This document shows positions 59,821-64,000 of a DNA stretch of 64,000 nucleotides, in pieces. A program made the translations under genes and the position numbers. Position 1 is the stretch's first letter. Each line of letters begins with the position of its first letter. A model generated the notes under the pieces. That model was not told the DNA's origin. It saw only the letters and a program-made list of their open reading frames with translations, and did no database searches. This stretch comes from Chrysomallon squamiferum (Eukaryota > Animalia > Mollusca), in the NCBI GenBank assembly GCA_012295275.1, contig CM022674.1, positions 11,408,001-11,472,000 on the forward strand, in the 5' to 3' direction.

Positions 59821-60915
59821 TAGAAAATGCTTGGAAAGCTATGATTCCAAAAAATTTTGAATTTCAAATGTCTGAATTTTGGATATGAGATATTTAACAA
59901 ACCATTACTACTATTATTATAATTAATGACATAGTTAAAGTGATGTTAACAATGATAATGATTATTTTTATCAATATTTGTTTAATTTTTTTAAATTTTA
60001 CAATTGTCTTAATATTCTTTAATTCATTCTCTCAGTCTTTCTGTCTCTCTGTGATTATGATATATATATATATATATATATATATATCTTCATAGTTTAT
60101 TATGTTGCTACCAAACTGAAAGGACATTTCTGACAAGTGTTGATGCAAGCACACAGTCTGACACACTGACAAAGTTTTAGTTTAAACTTTGAAAGGTTAA
60201 ATCCACATTATTCTCTCTGTTATTTTAATATCTTGCATTTAACTTAGATTTGTCTACCAGGTGATAAATCTTTAACACATAAAGATAGATTTTATTTTGT
60301 GTCATCAGTAAGATAATTTGAAATGTACTTTTCACCAAAATCACTGAAGCGTATCTGGTGTGGGTTAAAAAAAACCAGTGAACCTTGGCAACTTTTCTAG
60401 GACAGTTGTAGTGGGTATTACACTTTACGTATAAAGAAATAAAAACAAAGAATGAGTTTAAACTGAGGTAAACTTACCTCTTATCAGAAATCCTCGGGGA
60501 AGATGGTGAATAGTGAGAACTTATTTCTGAAATATACAAATCCTGCAACACATAGAAATTATGCTAAACATACATTTATAATTAATGCATATGCAAATGA
60601 TGCTTAGTGCTAATTAAATGTTTTTTCAAAGCTGCCCAAAGTTCTGCTTCAGCCACAGAGTAACAGCCTGTCCCTTTTTTAACAAAGAAAAAAAAAACAC
60701 AGGTAATATTTCACACCTGATACTGATTTTTTACATCTTTTATAATTCACCGACTGATAAAAATCCTTTTTAAAATGTGCGTTATTAGAACTTATTTAAT
60801 GGGCTGATCGACAATGGGTTGGAAAAGGTGTGTAAACATTACCTCTGTCTCTGAATCACCAGGTGTTTTGTCATTCACCTCAGTTGTACCTGTGTGTTTG
60901 TCATTGTGACAGTTT

Positions 60916-60976
60916 TGTGTGTGTGTGTGTATGTATGTGTGTGTCTATCTGTGTGTGTGTGTGTCTATCTGTGTGG

Positions 60977-61013
<37 letters not shown>

Positions 61014-61219
61014 TTGATGTTTGTGTGTGTATGTGTGCATGTTTATGTCTGTGTTTGGATGTTTGTGTGCATTTGGATATAAGTGATGGATTGTTTATAT
61101 TTTTCTGTATGTGTATGCTTGTGTGTGTATGTGTGTTGTGTGTGTTGTGTGTGTGTGTGTGTGTGTGTGTGTTGTGCATGAATGTATGTGTGTATATACA
61201 ATCCATATTAGAGTTTTTT

Positions 61220-61255
<36 letters not shown>

Positions 61256-61256
61256 T
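60916..61256. repeat. Degenerate (GT)n followed by (CA)n
   Basis: Read directly. Confidence 0.9.
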
Positions 61257-61519
61257 AGTATATTTGTGTGTATTTGTTTTTTTTTATAACATAATAATAA
61301 AAATAAAAAATAAACAAAATAGAAATAAAGTGAAATAACACTAAAAGGCTGACAGATGGATTTATGAATGGACGGATGACTGAGTGGATTAATAGATGCA
61401 TAAACAGCTAGATAAATAGACCAGATAAATAACTGGCTCCATGACACACGTGTGGAAAAACACACAGACATACAGACAGATGGAAAAAAAAACAAGACAA
61501 AAAAAAAAAAAAAAATTCC

Positions 61520-61551
<32 letters not shown>

Positions 61552-61935
61552 TAGAAATTAAATTTAAATATTCTCCTTGTCCTTTAATGACAAATTAAAA
61601 TTTTTAATTTTTTTTTTTTTTTTTTTAAATATTTATTCCGCAGTCAGAAAATCTCAAACATGGAGACAGACAATAGGTGACACACCAGCTTTCAGGTGAG
61701 ACAGAGATAAATCACAGAGATAATGGTTGCAGGCCATGGTTCTTGCTGTCACATCTTTGAGGAGCGACTCTGCAGCTGCAGTGTGGAAGATCCCAACATG
61801 CATCTGCTGCTCCGTCGCACACAACGCACTGATAGCTGCCTCCCAGCCAGTGGCTTCTCCTCAATGCAGTTTGCTGTCCCTATTATGCGAGATACACCTG
61901 GTTTATGGAGATAATGGTTTAATGAATTTACCTGG

Positions 61936-61975
<40 letters not shown>

Positions 61976-62375
61976 TGTAATTTAGAAAATGAATGTGTCT
62001 GTCTTTGTGAGGTTCCAGGTTTTTTTTTTCTTTTTCTTTTTTAAATTTTTTTTTTTTGTACACTTTTAAAAAAAATGTTTTATTGTTATTATTATTCTTT
62101 TCTTTATCTTCGTTTTTAAAAGAAAATGAAGACGATGTCTCTGCTTTATAATAAATGTGAGCTGTTTTTAGAAACAAGATGGGTTAGAATGAAGAGAAGG
62201 TAATTCATTGGGTAAATCATTTTCTAAATGTTAATAAATATGATTCATCCCATCATTTAGAACTTCATAAAATAGGCAATGATGATGATAATGATGATAA
62301 TTATTATTATTTCCATTTTATACGTACGTATGTTACTTTTTCTTTCTTTCATATAAACACATACATTGTACATAA

Positions 62376-62420
<45 letters not shown>

Positions 62421-64000
62421 AATTTATACATGAGGAGTAACTATAAATTATCCATATCTCTCTGTTTTCTTTTTATTTAAATTTTTTGTCATTATCTCGA
62501 AACAAACTACTCGGTTTTGTTTTTTTATTTATTAATATTATTTTTGTTTTTTTATTTATTAATATTATTTTCTTTCGTTCTTCTTCTTCTTTTTTATTTT
62601 TATATTTTTTAAATTTATTTGTCTTGAATAAATCTTCACACACGCACACACACTGGTCTCTCTATCAGTTAATCTGTTTATCCTTTCATCTGTGCTTAAT
62701 TATGGAGCCCCATAAAGAACAATGTAAAACAATTTCTCTGTTTGTTTCACTTTGTAATACAAGCAGAGTAAATGATACATTGTATCACTTTCAATGCGTG
62801 TCATTTTGCAGTCACTTTGGTTTATGTGGAAACAAAGAAATAAATTATTCTGATGGGTTCAAAGATATGATATTTTAAATTGTGAAAGATATATGAATTA
62901 GCGTTGAAGGATACAAATGGGTCTAAGGATCATGATATTTTAAATTATTGTGAAAAATGTTTAAAATGACATATAAACTAATAGGTAATGATATTAGTGT
63001 GGTAAACATGAAATTCTGAATTATTGTGAAAGATATATTGGTGGTGAGGGATATAAATTAGTGGGCACATATATTATTATAAACAGGCATAAAAAATTTA
63101 TAAGAAATATACTGACAGGTAATAATACAGAATTTAATATAGAAAATTAATTATGTTTAATGATATAATGTAATAAAATATTAGTAATGGGAAAAAATAA
63201 TAATAATAAAGAAAAAAAAAAAAGAAAAAGAAAAAGAACAAAGAAGAAAAATGGAAAAAAAAAGATGTGGTTTAATTTAAATGGGTGGAATAACATAGTA
63301 AGTGATATCTGATATAAAAACGTGTTCAAAATCAAAATTAAATAAATAATATGAAATTCGTATGTTGTGTAGAAAAAGGTGTAACAGTAATATAATGAAC
63401 TGTGAAATACAGGACTGAAGTTTGTTTGAAAGATATCACCTAGATTAATAACTCCTAAAGCTGGCTGCTTCAAAGTTATGATAAATTGATTGCTAAAGAT
63501 TCAAATAAATAACTAAATAAATAAATAAATACTGTGTTGAATCTATGTAGAAAAGAAAGTACTATGAAATTATTTACTACAATTATATTTAAATTACTGA
63601 TCCGTTTTTGATAATAAATACAAAATTTTAAACATTTAAATAGTAACAGCAATAATAATAACTATTTTAATAAATAATTAAATAAATAAATGTGATTTTA
63701 AAATAATAAAAAGTATTCCTGATATTAAAATTAAAAAATATTCTGGTTTTGAATAATTGATAAATTATTCCTGATTTTAATCCCAATAAAAATTCCTCAT
63801 CTGAAAGTCATTACAAACAGCTTCAGTTATTAATTTATATCCAAAATTTTAATTAATTTATTTATTTACTTTTAATAAACATCAAGGACATTACCATTTA
63901 ATCATACAGGTAGTATTAAAACTTTGAATGGTTTACATACAGTTTGATTTAGATTTCAAAAAATATTTCTTAATTATCAGACATTTCTCCCGCACTCTAA

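Noticed and set aside
61723-62044. GC-richer plus-strand ORFs as a possible separate gene or as the missing first exon
   Set aside because: No recognisable homology, no MRSK-like N-terminus on the minus strand and no coherent splice sites. Kept only as a CpG patch.

Overview
This is AT-rich, microsatellite-saturated eukaryotic (animal) genomic DNA. It looks invertebrate and is plausibly molluscan, but that is an inference. The window appears to lie entirely inside one large minus-strand gene, the PRDM3/16 gene (orthologue group of vertebrate MECOM/MDS1-EVI1 and PRDM16, Drosophila hamlet, C. elegans egl-43). Three GT-AG exons (59193-59632, 15940-16074, 7038-7155) join in frame to encode a complete PR/SET domain, separated by introns of 43,118 and 8,784 nt. 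I did not find the start exon (expected above 59632) or the zinc-finger exons (expected below 7038). Nearly all other listed ORFs are translations of simple repeats. The points of interest are intronic: a candidate in-frame or poison exon in a CpG-rich patch near 1.2 kb, a possible internal promoter for an EVI1-like PR-less isoform, RFX X-boxes, NF-Y, ZEB/E-box and Smad-like motif clusters, CpG-retaining patches, a candidate recursive splice point, a KGDN repeat insert in the first exon, and several minisatellites. I see no evidence for a prokaryotic-type system, CRISPR array, RNA gene or intact transposon. The novel items are hypotheses, not demonstrated systems.
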